DNA from: an uncultured Candidatus Saccharibacteria bacterium
GTDB taxonomy: Bacteria; Patescibacteriota; JABMPQ01; JAQVVF01
Direction: 5' to 3'
DNA: 64,000 nt
Assembly (NCBI GenBank): GCA_964574655.1
Contig: CAZNOH010000001.1
Span: 73,852-137,851 of the forward strand
Shown here: in pieces, positions 48,621 through 58,298 of the stretch
Layout: each line of letters opens with the position of its first letter
How positions within the stretch are numbered: the first letter of the stretch is position 1
Notes under the pieces: generated by a model
Database searches by the model: none
What the model saw: the letters and a program-made list of their open reading frames with translations, nothing else
What the model was told of the DNA's origin: nothing
Translations under genes and position numbers: made by a program

Positions 48621-49565
48621 TTACTTTTTTCTCTTGATTCTAATCAAACCAGAACATGGAATTATTTCAATACCCTTTTGTTCTAGTTTGTCTAAGAATA
48701 AATTCATTCCTAAAGAATCAGATGAATAATGGCCGGCAACTATAACATTGACATTGGCTTTTTCAGCTTCTTTTCTATGTTCTTCAGAAAGATGCATTGC
48801 AATTGTGGTGCCAATTCCAGCTTGAGCCATTTTTTCGTAGATTTCTTTTGAACCTTCTGTTCCGCCAGTTATTTCAGTAATAGCAATTTTTCCTAAGCGG
48901 TGTTTTTGATTTCCAATAGTAAATGGTCCGAATCCCATTTTTTTTGCTTCTTTATATTCTGGAATTTTTAATAAACAATTCAAAGCTTCTTCAACAGTAT
49001 AAGGTTTTTCTTTAGAAAAATGTTTTTCTAAAAAATTGGCAGCTAAATTATCGCAAACAGTATGAGTGCAGATAAAGCCAATATTAAGAAGTTGCGCTAC
49101 TTGAACAGCTTGGTAATGATTTACTGGTTTAACATTTCTTGCAACTTCAGAAATTCTTTTTTCTAGTAATTTTTCTGCAATGTTAATTGGAATTCCATAT
49201 TTCGCTAAGATATCGGCTTGCATTTTCATGACATCTTCAAGCCCATCTGCCAATGCTTTTCCAGTTGGATGGTGCATGATAATTAAATCAACATTAAGAT
49301 GATTAGCTAGTAAAACTTCAGCAGTATCAATGTCAATGCCTGTTAATATTTTTTTTATTTTCTTTTCTGGCTTGTCAATTAAAATTCTAGTATCAGAGTA
49401 GGGATTAAAAAGTTTGTCTTTATCAAAATATTCTTTTTCTTGTTTTGGCAAATCTTGATATTCTTTTTTGGCTGAAGTCAAAACACGTTCTACTTCTTGT
49501 TTAGAACGGAGGTCTGAGTGTTTGCCAAGCTCGATAACTAATTTATAAATTTGTTGAATTGTCAT
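48621..49565 (-). CDS. NIF3-like (NGG1p-interacting factor) metal-binding protein
   Basis: NPYSDTRI, GIDI, HHP, HT, GHYSSDSLG; ATG 49565. Confidence 0.8.
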   Translation of the reverse strand: MTIQQIYKLVIELGKHSDLRSKQEVERVLTSAKKEYQDLPKQEKEYFDKDKLFNPYSDTRILIDKPEKKIKKILTGIDIDTAEVLLANHLNVDLIIMHHPTGKALADGLEDVMKMQADILAKYGIPINIAEKLLEKRISEVARNVKPVNHYQAVQVAQLLNIGFICTHTVCDNLAANFLEKHFSKEKPYTVEEALNCLLKIPEYKEAKKMGFGPFTIGNQKHRLGKIAITEITGGTEGSKEIYEKMAQAGIGTTIAMHLSEEHRKEAEKANVNVIVAGHYSSDSLGMNLFLDKLEQKGIEIIPCSGLIRIKRKK

Positions 49566-49712
49566 AAATAATAATACGAATGGCCATACGAATAATGCAA
49601 ATGATACGAATTGCGAATCGGTAGCGTTTTCTACCTTGCCCATGGCAAGGGTTCATTACTTTGTAATAAAATTTATTTTTAAAACCCTCCTGTGAGGGAG
49701 GGTAAAGATTTG

Positions 49713-50057
49713 TTATTTTACAGTTTCAACAATTTTCTTGAATGTTTCAGGATTATTGACTACTAGTTCAGCTAATATTTTGCGGTCTAATTCGATTTTA
49801 TGTTTTTTCAAAGCAAAGATAAATCTGCTGTAAGAAAAATCATATTGTTTTAAAGCTGCATTAAGTCTGATAATCCAGATTTGTCTAAATTCAGCTTTCT
49901 TTTTTTTGCGATCTCGGAAAGCATATTTTTGCGCGTGAAGATAAGCTTCCTTGGCAGCTCTATATCTTTTTGAACGGCCATTAGTATAGCCCTTAGTTCT
50001 TTTTAAGATTTTTTTTCTTCTTTTATTAGCAATTGTACCGCGTTTTACTCTTGGCAT
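49713..50057 (-). CDS. rplT: 50S ribosomal protein L20
   Basis: MPRVKRG...WIIRLNAA...LDRKILAEL. Confidence 0.97.
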   Translation of the reverse strand: MPRVKRGTIANKRRKKILKRTKGYTNGRSKRYRAAKEAYLHAQKYAFRDRKKKKAEFRQIWIIRLNAALKQYDFSYSRFIFALKKHKIELDRKILAELVVNNPETFKKIVETVK

Positions 50058-50084
50058 TGTTATTAAATTAAAAGTCTAAAATTA

Positions 50085-50113
50085 TCCGCCTTCGCTAAAG
50101 CTTCGGCGGACAA
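50085..50113. repeat. dispersed palindrome
   Basis: TCCGCC-TTCGCTAAAGCTTC-GGCGGA-CAA. Confidence 0.8.
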
Positions 50114-50118
50114 AGAAA

Positions 50119-50316
50119 TTAAGCGTAAGGTAATGATTTTTTGATATGGCTAACGTTGCCTGCAAAAACTATTTGATCAGATTTTTTAGCGCGAGAAGCT
50201 TTTCCATTATCACGTGCGTTAAAATGGTCTTGTCCGCAAGATCTTTGAATAAATTTTTTCGTTCCCGTTCTTTTAAATCTTTTTAATGTGGCTTTGTGAG
50301 TTTTTAGTTTAGGCAT
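50119..50316 (-). CDS. rpmI: 50S ribosomal protein L35
   Basis: MPKLKTHKATLKRFK; between infC and rplT. Confidence 0.95.
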   Translation of the reverse strand: MPKLKTHKATLKRFKRTGTKKFIQRSCGQDHFNARDNGKASRAKKSDQIVFAGNVSHIKKSLPYA

Positions 50317-50400
50317 CTGTTTAAAATAAATTGAAAATAATTAAAATAAAGAATCTTGTCTTTGGTAGGTTATCACAATGTTTGTTTTTTGGCAAGGTTT

Positions 50401-50961
50401 TTAAGCTTTTGCAACTACCATGGCCATACCCAGTCTTTGTCTCTTTGGTTGTTGTTCGACTTTGATCTTTGTCTTTATGGTATCAACAAATTTATGAAGA
50501 GTTGCATTGACCAAGTCTATGTGAGCATTTTCGCGTCCCTTGATGACTATTTCTATTCTAACTTTGTTGCCTTCGTCCAAAAATTTGTCAGCTTGTTTAG
50601 CTTTAAATTCTAAATCGTTTTGGGAAATTCTTGGTGAGATGCGGACGCCTTTAATTTCAACCTTTCTAGCTTTTTTCTTTTGTTGCTGTTCTTGTTTTTC
50701 TTTCTGATATTTGTATTTTCCGAAATCTAAAAATTTGCAGACAGGAGGATGAATATTAGCCGCTACTTCAACAAGATCAAAACCCCCTTCTTTTGCTAGA
50801 GCAATGGCTTTGTAGGTTGGCATAACGCCCAGGCTTTTTCCTGTTTCATCGATGACTGCTACTTGAGGCAATCTAATTTCTTCGTTAACCCATGTTCTTT
50901 TGGATTTACTTGGGTTAAATTTTTTGTAGTGTGATCTATATTTTATACGTTTAGGTTTAAT
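50401..50961 (-). CDS. infC: translation initiation factor IF-3, probable ATT start
   Basis: VNEEIR...DLVEVA..PPVCK..DFGKYKY...EIKGVR; no in-frame ATG near the domain start, ATT at 50961. Confidence 0.9.
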   Translation of the reverse strand: MKPKRIKYRSHYKKFNPSKSKRTWVNEEIRLPQVAVIDETGKSLGVMPTYKAIALAKEGGFDLVEVAANIHPPVCKFLDFGKYKYQKEKQEQQQKKKARKVEIKGVRISPRISQNDLEFKAKQADKFLDEGNKVRIEIVIKGRENAHIDLVNATLHKFVDTIKTKIKVEQQPKRQRLGMAMVVAKA

Positions 50962-51108
50962 TAATAAAAATTTTTTTCGATAATAGCTAATAATCAATAA
51001 CCAATAATCAATTAATAACCAATTATCAATAATCAAAAGTTTTGAAATTTGGTTATTGAGTATTGGATATTGTTTGGTGATTGGATATTGGTTATTATGT
51101 TTAATTAA

Positions 51109-51507
51109 TGGAGGTGGCGAGAATTGCACTCGCGTGTAAAAAGTTTGCTTAAAAAACTTTTACAAGTTTATTTAGTTTTGGTTGTCTCGAATAATAAACT
51201 TAAAACCAAAAAAATATTTATTACTCAAAGCCATTAAAGTTTTCAATAATCTCTAAGGCGAGAGATTATCTACATTCGTACGATGACACCCAAATTCCCA
51301 CACACGAATCTAGCGGGATGGATGGTAATCGGGTATTAAGCGATTACAGTTGAAGGTTGAAATGAAAAAGATTGAGCAAAAGCTTTTACTTTTTCAGAGA
51401 CCTTTGTTAATAAGTTTGCACTTATAAAATGCAAGAAGTTTTGAGAGTATCTTGCGACTCTACATGAATTTTTTAAACTGCGCTCTTTAGCGAAGCTTTT
51501 CACCCCC
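51109..51507 (-). ncRNA. ssrA: tmRNA
   Basis: 5' GGGGGTG pairs with 3' CACCTCC-A (G3.U70); T-arm GCGAG-TGCAATT-CTCGC; tag ORF 51419-51336; adjacent to smpB. Confidence 0.92.
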
Positions 51508-51590
51508 ATGATATGATGCTAATCTACTAATATTATGCCAATAATGCTAATTGCGAATCGTATTGGCAATTTGTAGATTGGCATCTTTGT

Positions 51591-52055
51591 TTATATTTTT
51601 TGACGGAGCATTCTGTTCATTTCGCGTTGGCTTTGTTTTTTCTTCAGATCCTCTCTCTTATCATATAATTTCTTGCCGCGGCAAACGCCAAGCAAAAGCT
51701 TAACTAATCCCTTTTTAGTATAAACTGAAATAGGGATAAATGTCAAGCCCTTTTGCTTTTTTAAGCCAATAAGTCCAATTATTTCGTTTTTGTTTAAAAG
51801 CAATTTTCTTGATCTGGTAGGATTATATGATTTTAAATTTCCAGCGAATTTGTATGGTGAAATGTGGGCGTTTAAGAGCCATGCTTCTGGTTGATGATTA
51901 TGTCCTGTATAGCTGATTGTAACATAGGCGCCTTTCAAGCTGATATTTTTTTGTTTAGCAGATTTTACTTCTTGCCCTTCCAATTTTAAGCCAGCCTCGA
52001 TTTTGTCGAGGATATGATAGTTGAAATATGCTTTTTTGTTGGTAGCTAATATCAT
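51591..52055 (-). CDS. smpB: SsrA-binding protein
   Basis: NKKAYFNY...EAGLKLEGQEVKS...RKLLL...GKKLYDKRE. Confidence 0.97.
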   Translation of the reverse strand: MILATNKKAYFNYHILDKIEAGLKLEGQEVKSAKQKNISLKGAYVTISYTGHNHQPEAWLLNAHISPYKFAGNLKSYNPTRSRKLLLNKNEIIGLIGLKKQKGLTFIPISVYTKKGLVKLLLGVCRGKKLYDKREDLKKKQSQREMNRMLRQKI

Positions 52056-52196
52056 AATACGAATGACGATACGAATAATGCGAATGATACGAATTACGAA
52101 TCTGACTTTTTGTTGATTATATTATACTAAGTAAATATTGTAAATCCAAATAAAAAACGCTAGAAACTAGCGTAATAAAAAGTGCAATCTGGTGGT

Positions 52197-52502
52197 TTAG
52201 GGTTCAAACATTTCGGGTGGAAGTTCGTAGCAGCGTAGTGAAGGGTCAAAGATTAGTTGGAATGGTCCAACATTGTTGATTCCAGCTTTTTCGTTGCCAT
52301 TCATTATAAATATATGAAATCTTGCTCTTCTTCCTTCCAGCCGTTCTATTTTTGTAATTCGGAATGTTAGTAATTCATCAGTATCTTTTCCTTCAGAAAT
52401 AAGATGAGCGATGAATCCGTCTCCGAGCAATAGCATCTTGAACAGATTGTTGTCTGATTGTTCTTCGGGAATGATATGTAAGCCAGTAAATTTTTGAGTC
52501 AT
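52197..52502 (-). CDS. orphan hypothetical protein
   Basis: AGGAG SD; follows the upstream gene closely; hairpin after the stop. Confidence 0.55.
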   Translation of the reverse strand: MTQKFTGLHIIPEEQSDNNLFKMLLLGDGFIAHLISEGKDTDELLTFRITKIERLEGRRARFHIFIMNGNEKAGINNVGPFQLIFDPSLRCYELPPEMFEP

Positions 52503-52514
52503 GGCGATCTCCTA

Positions 52515-53363
52515 TCAGGCGAGCCAGCAAAGAAAGAGATTTCTCTCTTTGTGTCCGCGGACATTTGACCACATCTGTGGACGGTCAGGAAATTGTTCAC
52601 GACCTTGGCAACTGGTACAGCTAGCACTAATTTCAACTGGCATTCCAGAATGGCTGACGGCAATTTGGGAGATCATTGCTCTATTGTCATAAGATACTTG
52701 ACCTTTTCTTGGTCCATGGAGGACAAGTCCAGTTGATTCAATTAGATCATCCTTATATTTGTAGCCAACGACTGGCAAGTTTTTATAACCAAATTCTCTG
52801 TTGAGTTTTTCGCCAAGTTCGGCGTTCTTTGGATCAGAGTGGTCATAGCCATTACAGCAAGGACCGATTCCAGCTCCAGCCCAGAATTGCAATTCGCGAA
52901 CAGGTACGCCAAGAGCATAAATAGCTTGATCAATAATATTCGATGAGCCGTCTTCGCGATAAAAACATTTCAGGCCAAGATGGATTAAGACAAAACGATG
53001 GGTTTTTTCGTGATACAAGATTCCGATGTGGCAGTCGGCGTTGAAGATGGCAGCAGATTCATCTGTTGAGCTTACAATGACACCATCGGCTGGTTTTTCT
53101 GTGCGATGAAGACCAGTTTGATTTTGAAAGGCGAAATCATCATCAGGGATGGCAATTCTATTTGTGAAGGCTACTTTGGGAGCGAGCACTGTTCTGGTTG
53201 CAATAGTATGGTAAGCATCTTCTACGATTTTTTGGACCATTGCAAGTCGGATTTCGAAGCCATTGCTTTGAGGATGAAAATTGTCAGGACAACCGAGATG
53301 AAGATATTTCACTTTGCCATGGAATAAAGTTTGTACTTGTGAAAGAACGTGCTGTTCGTGCAT
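52515..53363 (-). CDS. YfiH/PgeF (laccase-domain, Cu-oxidase_4) family protein, divergent
   Basis: ADG, ADC, IHLG, GIGPCC, CTSC, R..ERN; AAGGAGG SD. Confidence 0.75.
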   Translation of the reverse strand: MHEQHVLSQVQTLFHGKVKYLHLGCPDNFHPQSNGFEIRLAMVQKIVEDAYHTIATRTVLAPKVAFTNRIAIPDDDFAFQNQTGLHRTEKPADGVIVSSTDESAAIFNADCHIGILYHEKTHRFVLIHLGLKCFYREDGSSNIIDQAIYALGVPVRELQFWAGAGIGPCCNGYDHSDPKNAELGEKLNREFGYKNLPVVGYKYKDDLIESTGLVLHGPRKGQVSYDNRAMISQIAVSHSGMPVEISASCTSCQGREQFPDRPQMWSNVRGHKERNLFLCWLA

Positions 53364-53400
53364 TTATCCCTTCCTCCTTCTCTGGGGAACGTTGATTAAA

Positions 53401-53434
53401 TCCGCCTTCGTCTTGCGAGACTTCGGCGGACAAG
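53401..53434. repeat. dispersed palindrome variant
   Basis: TCCGCC-TTC-GTCTTGCGAGAC-TTC-GGCGGA-CAAG. Confidence 0.75.
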
Positions 53435-53727
53435 GTAGTATTGCATAAAAATGTTGGGAAATCAAGGTTTGAGTGTGATGTCGAAGAAGCTCGGCTTTTT
53501 CTAAAGTTGTATGCGCTTGCAATTAAGGGAGACTTTATTAAAAAGATTGACATTGGTTTTGAATAAAAAGCCGAGCTTCTTCGTCTTTGTATTTTGGCTT
53601 TCATTTTTGAAAAATCTTGCTATAATTTGATTGACTAGTTATTTACTTATTAGGTATTTTTGTTATACTGAAGGGGTCAAAAGAGATTCCTTTCCATGCT
53701 TCAAGTGGCGGAGTAGTCTACAGAAAA

Positions 53728-54120
53728 TTGGATAATAAAATTGAAATTATATTGCTTCATAGAAATAATACTGATACTTATCATTTTCCAAAGGGAACAG
53801 TTGAGGATGATGAGACTTTAGAACAGACTGCAATAAGAGAGGTGATTGAAGAAACAGGTTACAGAATTAAATTAGAAAGTTACTTAGGTTTTTTGAATTC
53901 GGAATTTGAAAAAGATGACACAATAATAAAAAAAGTAACAAATTATTTTTTATTTACTGTGATTGATGGAGAGCGAGGTGATTTTATTAAAGAGCATGAT
54001 AAAGTTCTTTGGGTAGAAATTGATAAAGCAAAAAAATTAGTTTTGGAAAATAGATTGGATTGGATGGAGAAAGAAAATGAAATGATTGAAATAGCGGAAC
54101 GAGTAATTTGTAACAGGTAA
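53728..54120 (+). CDS. NUDIX hydrolase (true start probably upstream)
   Basis: FPKGTVEDDETLEQTAIREVIEETG; in-frame SSGGVVY precedes the TTG. Confidence 0.85.
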   Translation: MDNKIEIILLHRNNTDTYHFPKGTVEDDETLEQTAIREVIEETGYRIKLESYLGFLNSEFEKDDTIIKKVTNYFLFTVIDGERGDFIKEHDKVLWVEIDKAKKLVLENRLDWMEKENEMIEIAERVICNR

Positions 54121-54144
54121 CTAGTAAGCTAGTAATTGAATTTT

Positions 54145-55737
54145 ATGATTAAAGACAAAATTAGAAAAAATTTAGAAGAGGCAATAAAAGAGGCTGGTTT
54201 TACTTTGCCAAAAGAAATTGCTATTTTGCAACCACAAAATGAAGAGTACGGCGATTATTCTAGTAATATTGCGATGATTTTGGCTAAACAAGAAAAACAA
54301 AATCCGATGCTTGTGGCCGAGAAAATATTCGGATATTTGGATATTCGGAAATTAGGTGGTATTTACAAAGATATCACAATTGCCAAGCCTGGATTTATTA
54401 ATTTTAAATTATCAGAAAAATATTTGATTAATGAGTTAAATATAATTCTGGATGTTAAAGAAAAATACGGACAAGGAAGAATCGAAAAAAGAAATAAAAT
54501 TAATGTTGAATTTATTTCAGCAAATCCAACTGGCAAATTACATGTTGGACATGGACGAGGCGCTTTTTATGGAGATGTGCTATCTAATGTTTTGAAAAAA
54601 GCTGGATTTGATGTGACTCGAGAATTTTATATTAATGATGCTAAAGATTCAAAACAAATAAGAACATTAGGTGAGATTTTGCATGGAAAGAAAAATCCTT
54701 ATGCAACTCTTTTTGTAGAAAAATTAATTAAAGAATTATCTGGAACAGCAGAATATTGGAAAACAACACAATTGGGAGATGCTGGTTTTAAATTAGCTGA
54801 AAAAATTCAGTTAGCAAATCGTGAATTTATTGAAAGAGATTTGGGTATACATTATGATGTGTGGATGTCAGAGCAAGGCATGTATATATTAGGCGCTCGA
54901 GAAAAATTGATCAAGTGGCTCGAAACAATGGGTTTGACTTATGAAAAAGATAAGGCTTTATGGATGAAGACAACAAAATTTGGCGATGATAAAGATCGAG
55001 TTTTAATTAGAACAACTGGAGAACAGACATATTTTTTCTCGGATATTATTTATCATTGGGACAAATTTGAAAGAGGCTTTGATAAATTGGTTGATGTCTG
55101 GGGAGCTGATCATCATGGTTATATCGGCCGAATGATGTCGGCGGTCAAAGCGATGGAACGAGATGGTGATTTTAAAGTTGTCATTACGCAGTTAGTGAGA
55201 CTAGTTTCTGGCGGTAAAGAGGTAAAGATGTCAAAAAGAGCGGGAACAGTTGTAAATTTAGACTGGCTTGTTTCCGAAGTTGGTTTGGATGCAGTTCGAT
55301 TTTTCTTTTTGATGAAGGCAGTTGAAACACACATGGATTTTAATCTTGATTTGGCAAAAGAGCAGTCGAAAAAGAATCCAGTGTATTACGTACAATACGC
55401 TTATGCTAGAATTTGTAGCATTATGGAAAAATCAGGAAGGAAATTCGGATATTCGGATATTCGGAAATTAACCGAACGACCGGAATTTGATTTGGCCAAA
55501 ATTTTATTGAAATTTCCGGAAATGGTTTTTGATGTGGCAAATAATTATGAAGTGCAGAGATTGCCTTTTTATGCGATGGCGATTGCTGATAAATTCCATG
55601 TTTTTTATGAAAAATGCAGAGTGTTGAGTGAAGACAAAGATTTGACTGAGGCGAGGCTTGGATTGGTTGAGGCAACGAGAATTGTGTTGGGTGAGACAAT
55701 GAACTTGATGGGTATTGAAAAGAAGACAAAGATGTAA
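54145..55737 (+). CDS. argS: arginyl-tRNA synthetase
   Basis: SANPTGKLHVGHGRG, WGADHHGY, KMSKRAG, YVQYAYARICS. Confidence 0.97.
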   Translation: MIKDKIRKNLEEAIKEAGFTLPKEIAILQPQNEEYGDYSSNIAMILAKQEKQNPMLVAEKIFGYLDIRKLGGIYKDITIAKPGFINFKLSEKYLINELNIILDVKEKYGQGRIEKRNKINVEFISANPTGKLHVGHGRGAFYGDVLSNVLKKAGFDVTREFYINDAKDSKQIRTLGEILHGKKNPYATLFVEKLIKELSGTAEYWKTTQLGDAGFKLAEKIQLANREFIERDLGIHYDVWMSEQGMYILGAREKLIKWLETMGLTYEKDKALWMKTTKFGDDKDRVLIRTTGEQTYFFSDIIYHWDKFERGFDKLVDVWGADHHGYIGRMMSAVKAMERDGDFKVVITQLVRLVSGGKEVKMSKRAGTVVNLDWLVSEVGLDAVRFFFLMKAVETHMDFNLDLAKEQSKKNPVYYVQYAYARICSIMEKSGRKFGYSDIRKLTERPEFDLAKILLKFPEMVFDVANNYEVQRLPFYAMAIADKFHVFYEKCRVLSEDKDLTEARLGLVEATRIVLGETMNLMGIEKKTKM

Positions 55738-55821
55738 ATATTGGTGAGTTTTTTTTGAAATGTTATACTTAGAATGTTATTTACTTAAAATAAATAAAAA
55801 ATTGAAAGGGGGTGAATAGAA

Positions 55822-56559
55822 TTGAAAAAAAAATTGTTTGTGTTTTTTAGGACGATAGTAGCTTTAATGTTTGGTTTTGGTTTTACTTTTGGAATTTATA
55901 CTCCGACGACTTTTGCGGTTGCAGATACTGATCATGATGGAATTTTTGATTATAAAGATCATTGGTTGAACGATCATGATAATGACGGCAAAACTGACAA
56001 GAAAGATAAAGATGATGATAACGATGGACTTCGCGATAAAGTGGAAAAAGGCAAATATAAGCTAGATCATGATAATGATGGTCTTCGTGATGACAAAGAT
56101 AGCGATGATGACAATGATTGTATAAAAGAAAAAAATGAGAAGAATTTACAAAGAAGATTTGATCATGACAATGATAACATTATGGATAATAAGGATAAAG
56201 ATGATGATCAGGATGGAACAAAAGATGTTGATGAGGCTGAAGATGAGGAGTTTGATCATGATAATGATGGATTAGAAGATTGCAGTACAGGATTGGAGAA
56301 TGAAGATATTGATGATGATAATGACGGCATAGAAGATAATAAGGATGATGACGATTTTGATCATGACAATGACGGTGTTGAAGATGCAGATGATTCTGAT
56401 GATGATAATGACGATATAAATGATATTGATGAAGATGATGACGAGCAGTTTGATCATGATAATGATGGCATAGAAGATGATCATGATTCTGATGATGATA
56501 ATGATGGGAACAATGATGATGAAGACGAAGATGATGATGAATTTGAAACTGAAGATTAA
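55822..56559 (+). CDS. secreted Asp-rich protein with thrombospondin type-3-like Ca-binding repeats
   Basis: Signal peptide; repeated DHDNDG..D..D.DDDND. Confidence 0.8.
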   Translation: MKKKLFVFFRTIVALMFGFGFTFGIYTPTTFAVADTDHDGIFDYKDHWLNDHDNDGKTDKKDKDDDNDGLRDKVEKGKYKLDHDNDGLRDDKDSDDDNDCIKEKNEKNLQRRFDHDNDNIMDNKDKDDDQDGTKDVDEAEDEEFDHDNDGLEDCSTGLENEDIDDDNDGIEDNKDDDDFDHDNDGVEDADDSDDDNDDINDIDEDDDEQFDHDNDGIEDDHDSDDDNDGNNDDEDEDDDEFETED

Positions 56560-56715
56560 TTATCTTTTAGATAGTTAGTAATAAAAAACGGGCTTGACAA
56601 AAAGCCTGTTTTTTATTAATGAGTCTTGAAATTTGATTATTTTAATGCTAGTTTATAGATGTATGGAGGTTTTTTTGTAAAATTTATTGATCATGAAAAA
56701 AATAAGTTTATTTTT

Positions 56716-57864
56716 ATGCGAATAGGCATTGATTGTCGAACAATTTTAGATCCAGAACATGGTGAAGCAGCAGGTGTAGGTCATTATACTTATCATTTGA
56801 TTGAAAATCTATTAAAAATTGATACAAAAAATAAGTATGTGCTGTTTTTTGATCGCAGAGTCGGAGATGCTGGCCATTTTAAACAACGAAATTCGGAAAT
56901 AAAATTTTTCCCTTTTATTGAATATAAGACTTTTTTGCCGATTGCTTATTCTCATTTTTTAGTCGCTGCTTATGTATCAAGAGAAAAGCTTGATGTATTC
57001 CATTCTCCAGCTTGCACTGTTCCTCTGGCTTATTCTAAAAATTCTGTCGTTACAATTCATGATATGGCAATTTATCAAAACAAGTCTTGGTTTCCAGGTC
57101 AAATTTTTTCAACTAGAATTGTAGTTCCACAAAGTGTTAAAAAAGCGAAAAGAGTGATTTCTGTTTCTAATTATACAAAGCAGGATTTAGTTAAATTCAT
57201 GCAAATACCTGAAGAGAGAGTGACAGTTGTTTATAATGGAGTTGATATTAAAATTGATGAACGTCAATCAGCGGAATCTAGAAAGGATTTTTTGAAAAAC
57301 AAATTTGGAATAGAGAAAAAATATATTTTGTTTGTTGGAACAATCCAGCCAAGGAAAAATGTAATGGGAGTGATTCAGGCATTTGATCGTTTGCGCGGAA
57401 CAAGCGCTTATGAAGATTTTCAATTAGTCATTTCTGGCAAAAAAGGTTGGGATAATGATGATGTGTTTAGAGCAATCAGGCAATTTGGTTTAACAAAAAA
57501 AGTTATTTTTACTGGCTATATTACTTCAAGTGATAAGGCTTTGTTAATGAGGAATGCTTCACTTTTTGTTTTTCCATCTTTTTATGAAGGTTTTGGGCTC
57601 TCAATTTTAGAAGCGCAAAAAGTTGGAACACCAGTTATTACTTCAGATATTACATCAATGCCAGAAGTTGCAGACGATGGAGCACTTTTAATAGATCCTT
57701 ACGATATCGATGCTTTATCCAAAGCAATGAGAAAAGTTTTGACTGAACAGAATCTTAGAAATGATTTGATAAAGAAGGGTTATGAAAATGTGAAGAAATT
57801 TTCATGGGATAAATGTGCGAGAGAAACCTTGGCTGTTTATGAAGAAGTTGTGGGAAAAAAATAA
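56716..57864 (+). CDS. GT4 (glycosyltransferase group 1)
   Basis: MRIGID, TIHD, PRKN, EGFGLSILEA. Confidence 0.92.
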   Translation: MRIGIDCRTILDPEHGEAAGVGHYTYHLIENLLKIDTKNKYVLFFDRRVGDAGHFKQRNSEIKFFPFIEYKTFLPIAYSHFLVAAYVSREKLDVFHSPACTVPLAYSKNSVVTIHDMAIYQNKSWFPGQIFSTRIVVPQSVKKAKRVISVSNYTKQDLVKFMQIPEERVTVVYNGVDIKIDERQSAESRKDFLKNKFGIEKKYILFVGTIQPRKNVMGVIQAFDRLRGTSAYEDFQLVISGKKGWDNDDVFRAIRQFGLTKKVIFTGYITSSDKALLMRNASLFVFPSFYEGFGLSILEAQKVGTPVITSDITSMPEVADDGALLIDPYDIDALSKAMRKVLTEQNLRNDLIKKGYENVKKFSWDKCARETLAVYEEVVGKK

Positions 57865-57874
57865 TTCGACATCT

Positions 57875-58246
57875 ATGAAAAAATTTTTACTGTTATTTTT
57901 AGGAATGTTTGTTTTGTTAGGAGTAGGTTGTAAGAGTGAAATTCAGAATACTGTCAATCAATCTTTAGGTATTGATGCTTTGAATACTGAACAAAAATTA
58001 CAGAAAGATATTGCAGAATCAAAAGCAAAGGAATTGTTTGCGCAAAAAGCAAATCAGGAAATTGATTTGTCATCTGGTCCTTGTTTAGCAGAAGAAATTA
58101 TTGTTGATTGGTCAGTTGATATTATTCATAATCCAAGAACAGCTATTGATAATAAACCAGAGAATCAATGTCAAAATATTTTGAATGGCAAGACTCATCA
58201 TTTTGTAGAATTGGATTTAAATGGAAATGTGATACAGATAAAGTAA
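57875..58246 (+). CDS. lipoprotein
   Basis: LGVGC lipobox; GPCL...DWSVDIIHNPR...NQC...HFVELD. Confidence 0.75.
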   Translation: MKKFLLLFLGMFVLLGVGCKSEIQNTVNQSLGIDALNTEQKLQKDIAESKAKELFAQKANQEIDLSSGPCLAEEIIVDWSVDIIHNPRTAIDNKPENQCQNILNGKTHHFVELDLNGNVIQIK

Positions 58247-58298
58247 AAAGTCAAAAGGAAAAAGGTAAAAGCTACAATTAAAAAGTAAAAAAATATAA

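Noticed and set aside
50962-51129. N-terminal extension of IF-3 in the ORF track
   Set aside because: Translates a repeat array and overlaps the tmRNA 3' end
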